From Porphyridium purpureum (Eukaryota): a DNA stretch of 64,000 nt. Below are positions 53,066 to 64,000 of this stretch, in pieces. The translations under genes and the position numbers were made by a program. A model generated the notes under the pieces. The model had not been told where the DNA came from, did no database searches, and worked only from the letters and a program-made list of their open reading frames with translations. The stretch is taken from the NCBI GenBank assembly GCA_008690995.1, contig VRMN01000003.1, positions 1,054,001 to 1,118,000 of the forward strand, in the 5' to 3' direction. Numbering within the stretch: the stretch's first letter is position 1; each line of letters begins with the position of its first letter.

Positions 53066-54946
53066 TTAGTCGGAAAGGGTTTCGTCCATTAGAACCAGCG
53101 ACCTTATGTCCTCACCATGTCCAGTTTCCTTGCGATAATGAGCAGAGATCTGTGCCCACATTCTGCCCAACGGTGAATGAATGCTGGCGTCATACCAGGC
53201 ACGCAGCTCGAGCAAAAGAAACGTGTCGTGCTTCGGTCCGGAGAGAAGGGAGAGAAGCTCATGTCTGCTGGATACATGCGCGTCGTGAAGGGTCTGGACT
53301 AACCCAACAACCAGTGGGTCTCCAATGCTATCGAATACCGCATTGGTAGGCTTGCGAAGAGCTGTCTTGAATTGAAGAAGCTCTTTGACTGCAAGGCCTT
53401 CCAAGAGACCGTGCGCGAAAACGCGGAATCGAAACAGGTCCCGTTCCGCACCTCCAGTCGCAAACTTGGTGGACTTCCATGGCTGATGAATATCACCCAG
53501 AGGAACCTCCACGACTCCCAGATTCCATCGGCTGGAGCCGTAAAATGACTTGGCAAAACACATGATGCGGTCCTTGGCCGGATCGTACCTTGGCGGCGGC
53601 GAGTCCAGCGGATTCGACACACTGCAGCACGCGCTGGCAGCATTCGCAATCCACTTGGGCTTGACAGGGACAACGTTCTCCATCAATTTGACCTGTCCAA
53701 ATCTGCGCGTTTTCACGACTATTCCGCTGAATGAGACAAACTCTGGCAGCGGCGCTGAAAGATCTAGAAAGTGTACAGGAATGAATACCGCCTCTCCCGG
53801 AAGGGCGGGACAGCTGTATGCCAATTTGAGCCACTTCCCATACAAGCCCAAGGCAGCGGCGCTCTCCTTGTCCATCTTTCGAGCCACTTGATCCGCAAAG
53901 GCACCAAGAAAGGCTTGAATGAGAAAAGCCATGTCCTCTGATGATATCGTGATCGGCAATGCCATATCCGCAAAGATGCTCTGTTGTCCTGCTTTTAACT
54001 CAGAAGAGTCCTTCTGTAGTTCTTTTCGGAGCTGCTGAGCAGTGTCTAAGCTTCTGAGCACAGACTTGACGTTCAATGCATGCCGAGCGCAATATTCGTT
54101 GAGCGCTGCCTTGTCGTGCAAGTGAGGATAAGCTGAATGAACGAGTTCTGCATTGAGCAGCCATTCGCTGAACGAGTGCGACTCCAGCTTTGTGCGCACT
54201 AGATCTTCCCGGCGAGAGTGTGAATCGGCATTAGCGGCGACGAGGTTTCCGCCTGCGCCCAGACAGCCAGCGATGGTGCAAGCGAGTGCAAGCAAGTCTG
54301 GTCTATCCTTGCATGCCCAAAGGAAGCGCGCTGAACGAGGAGCGACCGGAATCTGCGCAAGAAATTCGCCTACGTTTGTCAGTTTGTTCTTGGCATCCCG
54401 CGCCGTGTCAAATGCCCCGAGAATGCGAAGAAGCTCTGTTGCGTTGTCAATGGCTTCGACTGATGGCGGCGAAGGCAGAGGAAACTTTGCGACATCAATA
54501 ATACCGAGCGCGCGCAGGCTAAGCACCAGAGAGTCCACAGGAACGCGCAGTGTCTCTGGAACTGTCTGGTCCTCAAAGTCATTTTCAAAAACCGCTGCAG
54601 AAAACAAGCGATAGCAGTGCCCTGGCGCTGTGCGGCCGGCACGCCCTGCCCTTTGAGCAGCCGATGCTTTTGAGGTCCATCCGATACTGAATGATGATAC
54701 CGCGGCGCTGCCGTGCTCGGATCGGTATACTTTTTGCTTGACCCGACCACTGTCCACGACGTACCGCACACCTGGAATGGTGATGGAGGTCTCTGCAACA
54801 TTCGTTGCCACTACAATTGTCCGAGTTCCGTCGCGAGGAGGAGTGGCAAAGATCCTGGCTTGATCAGCGTCCGACATGAGACCATACAGAGGAAGGACGC
54901 GAGGAGGCTTATCCACGGCCTTGTGCTGCTTCTCCTTTTGCTCCTT

Positions 54947-54991
<45 letters not shown>

Positions 54992-57040
54992 CCACTCATC
55001 AGACGCCACGGCGAGCGTACTCTTGATACGAGCACACAGCGACATCACTTCGTGTTGCCCAGTCACGAAGCAAAGCACGTCGCCAGGGGGCAGCCTGCGA
55101 TGAATTCGACAAATTTTTTTGTGCGCTTCTTCCAAGTAGTCTGCATGGGTCATTCGAGAAAAGTGCATGGTCACAGGATATTGTCGTGCATCTGAAGTAA
55201 TGCGTGCAACGCGAATGTCCCGAAAAGGTGCCCGATATCCGTCCAAAATTGCCTCTAAATCTGGTGTCGCGCTCATGATGATTAACTTGAGCGGCAACAC
55301 GCCGGGCTTTCCTGTGGATTGCGCTTCCTCGGTCAATTTGCGGCGTAAGGGCACTGCGCGCGAAAGAAGAGTCAGCAGAACGTCAATGTTCACCGAACGC
55401 TCATGTACTTCATCCAATATAATGCATGAGTACTTCTGGAGTGTGAAGTCGGCTTCTATTTCACGCAACAGAATTCCGTCCGTCATAAATAAAATTCTCG
55501 TCGCCTGATCGTTGAAAACTGATCTTCCTCGATACTGAAAGCCCACTTCGTGCCCAAGTGATACGTTCAGCTCCTCGGCGACTCGTGACGCGCAAGAAAC
55601 TGTGGCCAGCCGGCGTGGTTGCGACACAACAACACGCCCAGGGAACGCCGAGTCGTGCTTGGAGCCAAACCCTGCTTCGTATAAGAACTGCGGAACCTGT
55701 GTGGTCTTTCCGGAGCCCGCGGCACCTTGAATGAGCACTACATCGTTTTCCAGAACGGCTTCGACAATTTCTTGCTCCTTCTCGCACACGGGCAACTGCA
55801 TGCGCATCTCTTGTATGTCACTTTTCCTGTTCACCATCACCGCAGAGCTCTTATGAAGACGGGCAGTCTGACGCTGATTGTCGCTCGGGTGCAGCAAATT
55901 TGAATCTTTGCTTGTTCCAAGGTCACGTGTGTTGCCCGCACGTGATGCCTTCGAATGACCTTTGACGGCCCTTGCATTTACCCTGTTTTTCCTCTCCGTG
56001 CCTCGCGCACTGGCTTCGTCGTCCGAACTGCTGATATCGAAGACGTCATGAGGAACTTCTGGCTCTGACCCTTCAATACGCGTCTTAAAGTTCGCATCCC
56101 GGGTCTCATTTGTCGCTGCAGGGTCTGCGCTCTTCGTGCATCCATCGCTGTCTTGAGACTCTTCAAATGTTTTACTGCCAGACCCACATTCCGTCGATTC
56201 CGTTGACCCAGCGCTTTCCTCTTCTTCGCCTTCGGTATCCTGTGAGACACCAAATAGAAGGGCTTTGAGCGGTCCATTCATCAACTCCTCAAGTGTCTGC
56301 GGCGCAGCACTTTCCGCCGCCGATTCATCTATCCCATTCCTTTCACGCTCGCGCCTATTTTCCCACGCAGTCACGACTTTGCGAGACGCCCTAATCATTC
56401 GTGGTCGTCGTGAGCGCGTGGTCACAAGGACCTTCGAAGGGTCAAAGTCTGGACCGCGCAGCTCTGTATGCTGATACGATTTGCCCGGCTGTGCTTCACC
56501 ATCAAATCCTACAGGAGGTCTTGCCCCAAGATTCGGCTCCTCAACAATCTTCACAGATCCGCTCGTCGAGTCTGGCTGCACCTCCTTTAACGCGATGCCT
56601 TGTGTCGGTGGATCTTGAATGGTTCCACTCCCCGCTGGTATCTCTTTCCTCTTTCTCCGTGGCTGCGATTCTGTGTTTGGTGGCTTCACTGACCCCAACT
56701 GCACGGCGTGTGTTTGGGAGCCTGCGCCGGCGCGCGCACCCGCAGGCTGTCCCAACTGAGTGCTCGCTTTGAGTTGCTTTCGAAAGGCATCTCCAAGCTT
56801 GTTGTCGCTTGCTGCAAGCTGCTCGAACAATTCTGCGCGGCTTGCACGCACTTTGGCTCTCTTCTCTAGCGACGCGTCCAACTCTGTCGAGGCGGCCGCT
56901 GCCTCGCGCTCGCCAACCACATTCTGCGCCACTTTTGTGCGCTTCTTGCCAGTCTTCCCACGTATGACCAACGCATTTGTATCCTGCACTGCACCTGCGG
57001 TCTGGCGCTGCTTGCTTGCGCGGTTCCGCTTCTTCGCCAT
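53066..57040 (-). CDS. DHX37: DEAH-box RNA helicase DHX37/Dhr1
   Basis: GAAGSGKTTQVPQFLYEAG, QPRRLA, DEVHERS, MSAT, KKICRIHRRLPPG, ATNVAETSITIPG, QRAGRAGRTAPGHCYRL. Confidence 0.93.
54948..54989. repeat. (CTG/CAG)14 microsatellite encoding poly-Q in DHX37
   Basis: Perfect TGC run giving 14 Gln inside the helicase region. Confidence 0.9.
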
Positions 57041-58677
57041 GCCGCCACGCTCCCGTGAAGGTCGGCACTCGTCAACGACGCACGCGTGGCGCCCACGACG
57101 CTCGCGCGCAAGCCGAAATTGCGACGCTTGAGCACGCGCGCTCGAAACACACATAGAAATATCGAGGTACTGCGAAGTACAGTTCGCGTGTGACCCGTGT
57201 TGTCTACCCAGGCCACGTTCTTGGGGTTTCGGCTGCTTGTTGCGCCGAGCTCTCGCCGACACGCCGGTTCTCCGTCTTCGTATCTCTGCAGGCGTCGCGT
57301 CCACTGCGGCACGGCATTACTTTCTTCTGCAAGCAAACTTTAACTGGACTTTCATTTGCGGCCACACCTGGACCGAGAGGGAGACAAGCAGAAAGCAGAA
57401 AGGACCGCCAGGCAGAGCGTTGGAATCGCAACAAGCTGCATGCAAAATGCGGTTCGATGGAAAGGTTTTCGCAGCTGCCATGCACCACTAGTTCCGCACA
57501 GTATAAAACTAAAGTCAAGGTCTTTGATAGTGGCCAGCCGAAGCCCTAGGTAAGAATATCGAATTGCCTCTTGCCACTCAATATAATTTGTGAATGAGAC
57601 GAAGAAGCAGGACGAGAGGAGAGGAGAGTGAAACTCATCGAGTTGCAAGAATTCTGTTAGTCTGCTGATGTCGAGATTTGCGTCTAGTGTCATCTGCGCC
57701 GACTGTCTCCGACGACTCTAAGTGTTCTGCGTTTCCTGGGCTCTCGTTGGTGATGTTTTTCCCTCCGCGGAACGAGATACTCTTTCATGACGGATTGCAT
57801 GAATGTGATACCGAGTGAAGACTCTTTTCACTTCTGGAAGGATTTTTCAAGCCGGAAAAGATCGAGATTCACGCAGGACGAAAGATTCAGCTCATCACTT
57901 TTCATTGCCTATTTCGGTGCGCGCCAGTAAATTTGGTGGGATTTGTCGGTATCAGCACAGCCGCAGTAATGGTGCAACGCTCGATGATCCTGCCTGGTCC
58001 TTTCTGCCACTTGCGAGAAAGAGGGAAGTGTATAAACTCCGTCGTAGTGTTTCCTCCAGGCACCCGCGTCCCTGCGTGCTTTTTTTATCCAAATCAGAGC
58101 GTTCACGCAAATTCAGTTCAATCACCAGCGACGCCTTCACGTTCCATTCCGCCATCGCGCCGCTTGTCTGACTCATTTGTAGAACGCACGCAGGCATAGC
58201 GTGGGAGGAAGGATGGATCGACCGCGAGAGGCTAAAATTGGACTTCTTCGAGTACAGTCAATGGTAAGTTGACAGCCCACCTGCACGTTCTTGTAACCCT
58301 TTTCGTCCTTCGCCCTCACGGCTAGTATCGCGCGCATATTCGCTTGCCACCTCAATTTTCTACACCATGTCACGATCCCAATCAAATCATCATCAAAATC
58401 ACTTTGTGCCAAGCTGACCAGGACTGCCTGCTGCAATTGAGGTGGCCGCGACTCGCTTTGTGTTGCAGATGAGGCGACGAAAGATCTCGACGTCCAGCGC
58501 ACATGAGATCGTGCTCGGTTCTAGCTACTACGACATCGCGGGCTATCATGCGACGCATACCGTAGAATTCGACGCTTTGTCGGTTTTACAGTCTGGTCCT
58601 CATGTTGCGGACGGCCTCAGGGCACAAGCGAGGACAACGGCTCAGCGGAAGTCCTGCCGGAATTCTATGTCCTTGAT

Positions 58678-61386
58678 TTGGGGGGACACGCATGCACGCT
58701 ACACGCGATGAGGCGCAACGGGCTGCCAGTATCGGGCTATTGGTTGTGGTTAAGCCGAGGGTTGAAGGGTGCGCCGTGTATAAGAGGAGAAACTTTTGTG
58801 GAGCACGCCGAGGGGATCGTCAAGGTCGACGCCGAGAGAGACAGAGAAGTTGGCAACAACACGGAACGTACGCGGTCCAGCGAGCGATACGGTTCTTTGA
58901 AAGACATGAAAAGTATAGAGTTTGTCGGCGAGAAAACAGTTACTGCGTCTATGGCAATTGAACACAGTAGATGGCGCGATGACGACCAGGATCATCTGCG
59001 AGGATACCCAGTGTTGCAGCACGGACGAGCTGCAAGTTTAGAGCCCGACTCGGCACCCCGCGCGGAGAGAAGGGGTCGACCCCGACAAAGAGATTTCGTG
59101 CGCGCGCGCACCTTCCGTAATTTGCATCACGCTCCTGTAAGAACATATCATGATGAGCGGTCCGAGTCACCACGAACACGCGCTTTCTCTACACAGTAAG
59201 AGTGAAGAAGCGATACTTTCCAAGCTGCTACAATAAAACAAAATCCAAACTCAAGCTGTCCTTTCTTCCTGTCTTGCAGGAAGGCCCTGCACGGAAACAC
59301 TCTGCTGGTTGAGTGCACCGCTGACTTCTTCCGACCTTTGTGGTGGGAGGATTCCCCAACGCCCCGATCCCCCCTGCCCTTCACCGCTAGAAGCGTGCCA
59401 AGGCAAAAAAAGATTTAGAGAACAAGAGCTGCATTGAGAACCGCTTCCGAGGTACTCTATAAAGACAACCCACCTTCCACGTGCAATGAGAACGCCAGAG
59501 CCTGCAAATTCTGTTGCGATATCGGGCCATAGTCATTGCTCAACGTCATACCTGTGCGCATGTGCGGGACATTGCGGCGACGTCTCCGACGTCTCGACAC
59601 GCGTAAACCTTCAACCTTCTGCTGTCGAAATTCTCGACAGGGGTGTCAGCATCCGCAAACACACACAGATACAACTCCGCCTGTGCCCTTTCGTCGAGCT
59701 TTTCATCTCCTTTTCCTACAACTTCCTTTCCCAATGCACGCCGCGCCTGCTTCTGTGCCAACGGCGAGACTTGACGAGAGACTGCGCCACTCGCAGGTTC
59801 TGTTGCTTCCCTGGAAAATGGCTTTTGGTATTTGCCTTGTCTTGTTTGTGTCACAGACCACTGGACCACGATACGGCGTCTCCACCGTGCGCACTGGGTC
59901 GCGCGTCTCACACCTCAACTAGCCTGCATTTTCCTTGACTGTTTCGGCCCCAATAACTCTTGTTCCTTCGTATTTCCTGTCCGCGTTGTCAAGATGTCAT
60001 GTCCGTGCGCATTAACGAGTACATAGACGTGAAGCATTAAGTACCGGGTCCGGAGCAGGAAAGGCAAAAGAGTATGCGGCTACCAAGGCAGTTCCGGAGG
60101 CCTCAGGACCGGCCACTTCGCGTGTCGGTATCTGCTGTTGGCGGTCGTCGAAGTGACCACGTTGAGTCTGTGCGCAACAACCAGTCCATCATTCTCAATC
60201 TCTGATGTGCAAGTCGCTCCGAGACGTCGCTGAACAAGACCTCCATCCGGTTTACAGTTACGCAGCGAGGTAATGTACTCAAGGTGTACACTTTTTCGTG
60301 AGCTTGATCTTGAACTTGCGAACAAGTTGCGGATGGAGCAACTGAGCGTCTGAGTCTGGTCGGGCTTGTGGCGAGGAGTTCCGTGCCGAGAGCGGAACGT
60401 GGACAGGGGGCACGTTGAGTTGTAAGAGGAGTGTAAGGTAAAATCTCACACGCACCAGTCGTGAGCTCACATGCCTGCAGAAGCGCCACGTAGCGGTGAC
60501 TGTGACATGTTCCGCCGGGCGTCTTTCAGGATTCGGCGGCGGCGGCGCTTCACTGCGAGCTGAGTGGGCCTTCTCGCTCGGGGTCTGTGCGTACGTGAGG
60601 CACCTGTGCACCTCATGTGCGGACGAAGCACAATGGGCGGCGGCGGAAGTTGCGCATTATATATTGTGGTGGGAACCCAGACTGAACGCATGAAACTCCC
60701 AGGTTGCACATGCTGGCAGCGAGCGTGCTATAGACATGGACGTAATCCGGAGTTGTAATGAGTGGATTAAAGAAATCTTCGCGTGGTTGCTGATTGTTCG
60801 TGAGCAGGTACTTTTCTGACAGGGCTCCCTCTGTGGCCCTTGCGCGTGCAAGTCCAACTTCAGTTCCGTCACATGGTAAAGTGGGGTGTGCGGGACTCCT
60901 TGTCACGTGACGTAGAGCGAGCGAACGTTCTTGCCGTCCCTCGGACTAGAGTAGGACGTCCAAGGTGAAGCTAGCTGTGCATAAAAAGGTGGCTCGGCTT
61001 GAAACTTGCAGCTCGAGTGAAGAAGACAGAGCCTAAACAAAAAAGTGCAAGGACGAATCCGGAAGACAGCCAGAATGTGCCGCTGGGAACCAAAACAGCA
61101 TGCTAGGGTCAGGGCCGTGCCATCAGAGGTGGTTGAAAAGGGCACCGGCCAAATTACCAGCTCGGCGCAAATGCGGGAGCTTGATAATTCACACGAGAGG
61201 CAGACGCATCGACAAACTTGCAGCGTAGAATCCGCGCCCCGAACCGAAAGAAAGGGGCGCTCCAGGCAGCGAGACTCTGTGCGTCCGCCAAGCTACTGCA
61301 ACTGGCATCACGCTCCAGTCCGCGTACGCGAGCAGGAAAAGGCGAACAGCTCGCTGGCAGTCTGTTGTCCAGATGAAAGACCTTGA
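58678..61386 (+). pseudogene. Two diverged coding fragments of an unidentified family (59050-59142 and 61231-61323)
   Basis: 31-codon blocks with 21/31 identical residues. The surrounding ORFs are short and lack an obvious gene structure. Confidence 0.45.
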
Positions 61387-62393
61387 ACTCTGCGAAAAAG
61401 GTTCGCGAATGCCAAAATTAACTCTGACTTTAGTTTGTGCTCACGCCTCCGCATGATTTCGATGGCAGAAAAAAAGGAACAGACTGTGACGTACTGATCT
61501 TTCTTTGGCCTTCCCCTGAAGGATCGACTACTGATACGTTTCATTCGTGTGACGCAGTGGGCGAGATTGGCTAGCAGAGTCTCTGCAAATTGTTTCACAC
61601 AAAGTGCAACGGCCTCGTCTGGTATTAATGTTCACGAAGGGCACAAGCTGCCCGAGAAGGTTTGGCGAGCCGGCCGGTCCACTTGAACTCCGCTGGATCC
61701 AAGTCCACCCCGGCTCCCGCGAAAGTCCGACCTGGAGCGCGGTGCGGGTTGGAGCACTGCTGAAGGTGCACAAGGATTTTCTGCTGAGAACGACCCCTCT
61801 GCTCTGCAGTGTGCACCGAACAACATTCTGCGAAAGCTGACTCCAGACTTCACGGGGGCTTGCGATGCTTCTGATAGGAGAATTTTTTCTTCCTACACCA
61901 TGCGCACTGCTTTATCCACGCTGTCAGGGTACTCAAGGGCTGTCGCTGGGGTGTTGGCGCTGTGAGAGATGCCAAGCGCGGCGGCCGGTTGGGCTGTTAC
62001 AACTCCACATTTCGTTTCACCACACTTCCAAACCAGACGCGCATTAGTACACTCGGCGGCACGAGTGTGCAAATTGATCTCGCACTAGCGCGCATGCATT
62101 CCAAGGGCGATCTGCTGCGATCCCCCGTCAACACGCGGGGACCACCACGTGGTACTTTTGCTCGTCTGCCTATGATGTGATTTCCTTGCCCTTCTTCCTG
62201 AGGCTCGCGAAGAGATATAGCTGTACCCTCCCCATGTCGGAAGCTTGTTCCTCTATCGACGCAATCGCGTCGTGCAGCGGTCCCTTCCCTTGAATAAAAA
62301 GGCTGCTGTTTCATTGGACGGTTGGGACTTTCGACGCAAACGTGAGGCGCGCAATGCCGCTATCTCGACGCTGTGATGACGATAAGATGAAAG

Positions 62394-63252
62394 ATGACCA
62401 AAAAATCCCGCCGGCCGGATGGGAGCGTCGAGGAGGAGGAATCGGACGGAATTCTCCTAAATCGCACAAAACATAGAAATAAAATTATACAGCTGTCACT
62501 CACGCGTCGAATCTGCAATCTGCTGTTGCTGCTGCGCGTGGGTTTGCACGTGTGCGGCCTGTTTTTGGGTTCGTTGCGTCGGCCTTTGCGTTGGGTTAGA
62601 GTGAGTGCGCCAGTCTGCCGGGGGGTGTGGATGCGTCTCAATATAAGTCGGGTGCATCGTGTGCGAGTTGGACGCGCAGGCACGGACGGTCGCCGAAGTG
62701 GTCGGTTGGACGCAGACGCAGAAAGAGTTGAACGAGCTGGAGTCCTTGGTTTGCACCGGACCGCGCGGCGAGTGGTGGCTGGGAATGGCGAGCTCCGGGG
62801 TGGACGTCGTGAGTTGTCTGCGGCTCGTGCTCGAGTTCCAAAGTTCAAGAATCAGGCGTATTGAACACAGGCTGGCAGTGGCTCGGGAAGAACTCGAGCG
62901 CGAACTCGAGCTCAAGCGCACGGGGTGCGGTGCGCGCACGCGGAAAACCCACGCGCGAGATACACGCAAAAATGAGTTGGTCTTGAAGCACGCGGCCGTC
63001 GTCAAGCAAGTACGAGGAAAGTATCGAGATGCGAAGAAGAGCAGTAAGCCGAACAGGTTGCCGGACGGATCTCCTATTCTGAGCGCGGCAAGCTCGAAGC
63101 GCATGTTCGCAGAAGGCTCGGCGCCACAGGCTCGCGGCTCAGTGGACAGCTCCTTCGTTATGGTGGAAGGTGAGATCCTTCGTGTCCGCCCAGGACCTGC
63201 GCGCGAGTACTCTGTCAATGCTATGTTTGGATGTGCGACGAACGGAAAGTGA
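62394..63252 (+). CDS. Hypothetical coiled-coil protein, probably two exons (62394-62537 and 62680-63252)
   Basis: A GTGGGT...GCAG intron candidate (62538-62679) joins the ATG ORF in phase 0 to the 62659-63252 frame. Confidence 0.45.
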
Positions 63253-63548
63253 CTTAGCATTCGCCCGGTGAGGAAAGTCACGTTTAATAGCCCTTGTAGT
63301 GTGTAGATTTTTTATATTGCGCCTGTCTTCAGGCTTCACCGGAGCCTTCGCCTGCCGAGGCAGACGAGATCAACGGGAGTTAAAACCGCGTTTATTATGA
63401 GTTGAGTCTTGAGCAGGTTACGATTGAGAGGGCCAGACACTCGATGATGGGAGCAGAGGTCTGCACGACGAAAAGAGACTCCCTCCAGTTTGGCGACGTT
63501 TGTATGCACGGCACTCACTTGCCTATCTCATGACCGCAGTGGCCTCAC

Positions 63549-63824
63549 TCAATGCGCGAACAAAGATCGGACACTGACTGGAGTGACGAGGTCGCGCAGC
63601 GCGCTGAGCCAGGAGACTGAAGTCTCCGGGACATGCGCCGTGCGGACGGCGCCCGCTAACGGGTCCACGAGCACGGTCGTTGCGAACAGAAACACCATGA
63701 CCAGTGCCACATGGATGGCCGGCCTCTTGATCAAATACAGCAGCGGCGCTGGAATCGGCACTCCGCCCAGCCTTGCCTCTGCTTGGCTCGAGCCTTTCGA
63801 GCGTGTCTTTGGAGTAGCACCCAT
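63549..63824 (-). CDS. Possible small single-TM protein (or an exon)
   Basis: 91-aa ATG ORF with a hydrophobic stretch IHVALVMVFLFATTVLV. Confidence 0.3.
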   Translation of the reverse strand: MGATPKTRSKGSSQAEARLGGVPIPAPLLYLIKRPAIHVALVMVFLFATTVLVDPLAGAVRTAHVPETSVSWLSALRDLVTPVSVRSLFAH

Positions 63825-64000
63825 CTTGCCCTGCCTGTCAATGCCTCACCCCCGTCCTTCTCTCCTCGAGCCCTCACACACGTACTAGCACTTATATACA
63901 GCCTGGCTTATGCGTAAACGAAGCCGTCCTCATGCGACTCGGTCTCCATGACATGTGCGCTATCACTCAGCCACAAACAGCACAACGCGGCGCACGTTGA

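Noticed and set aside
59050..59142. Minus-strand reading with a conserved in-frame TGA (possible selenocysteine) in the duplicated motif
   Set aside because: The second copy also has a TAG in that frame, and the synonymous Arg codon swaps favour the + frame.
1..64000. tRNA, rRNA, snRNA genes and CRISPR arrays
   Set aside because: None recognised by eye; a covariance-model scan (Infernal, tRNAscan-SE) would be needed to exclude small RNAs.

Overview
Eukaryotic, gene-dense, nearly intron-free DNA. Short intergenic gaps, 'AFV'-type plastid transit peptides and a C2H2 gene with an orphan N-terminus suggest a unicellular red alga such as Porphyridium; this is an inference, not a verified identification. 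The left end (1-3114, minus strand) is the 5' half of an apparently intact LTR retrotransposon with a 793-bp LTR, a tRNA-iMet PBS, gag, a -1 frameshift site with an H-type pseudoknot, and a pol frame missing from the ORF track. In pol, a Ty3/gypsy-type protease is followed directly by a Ty1/copia-type integrase. About 19 single-exon host genes follow: STE20 kinase, Golgi-type sulfotransferase, bZIP, ATP synthase epsilon, cyclin A, PRKRIP1, RETICULATA-like, a membrane protein, GRIP golgin, CHD1, YlxR/RnpM-like, CK1, delta-12 desaturase, C2H2 protein, MRPL47, AIF-like, RRP45, an unknown ORF and DHX37. There is also a 2828-aa ORF that seems to fuse a plant-BRCA1/BARD1-like RING-ePHD(-PHD) head to an MMS22L/Mus7-like body. 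The region 57.3-62.3 kb lacks intact genes but holds two diverged copies of a motif conserved at the codon level. All family assignments come from motif recognition by eye; no database searches were run.
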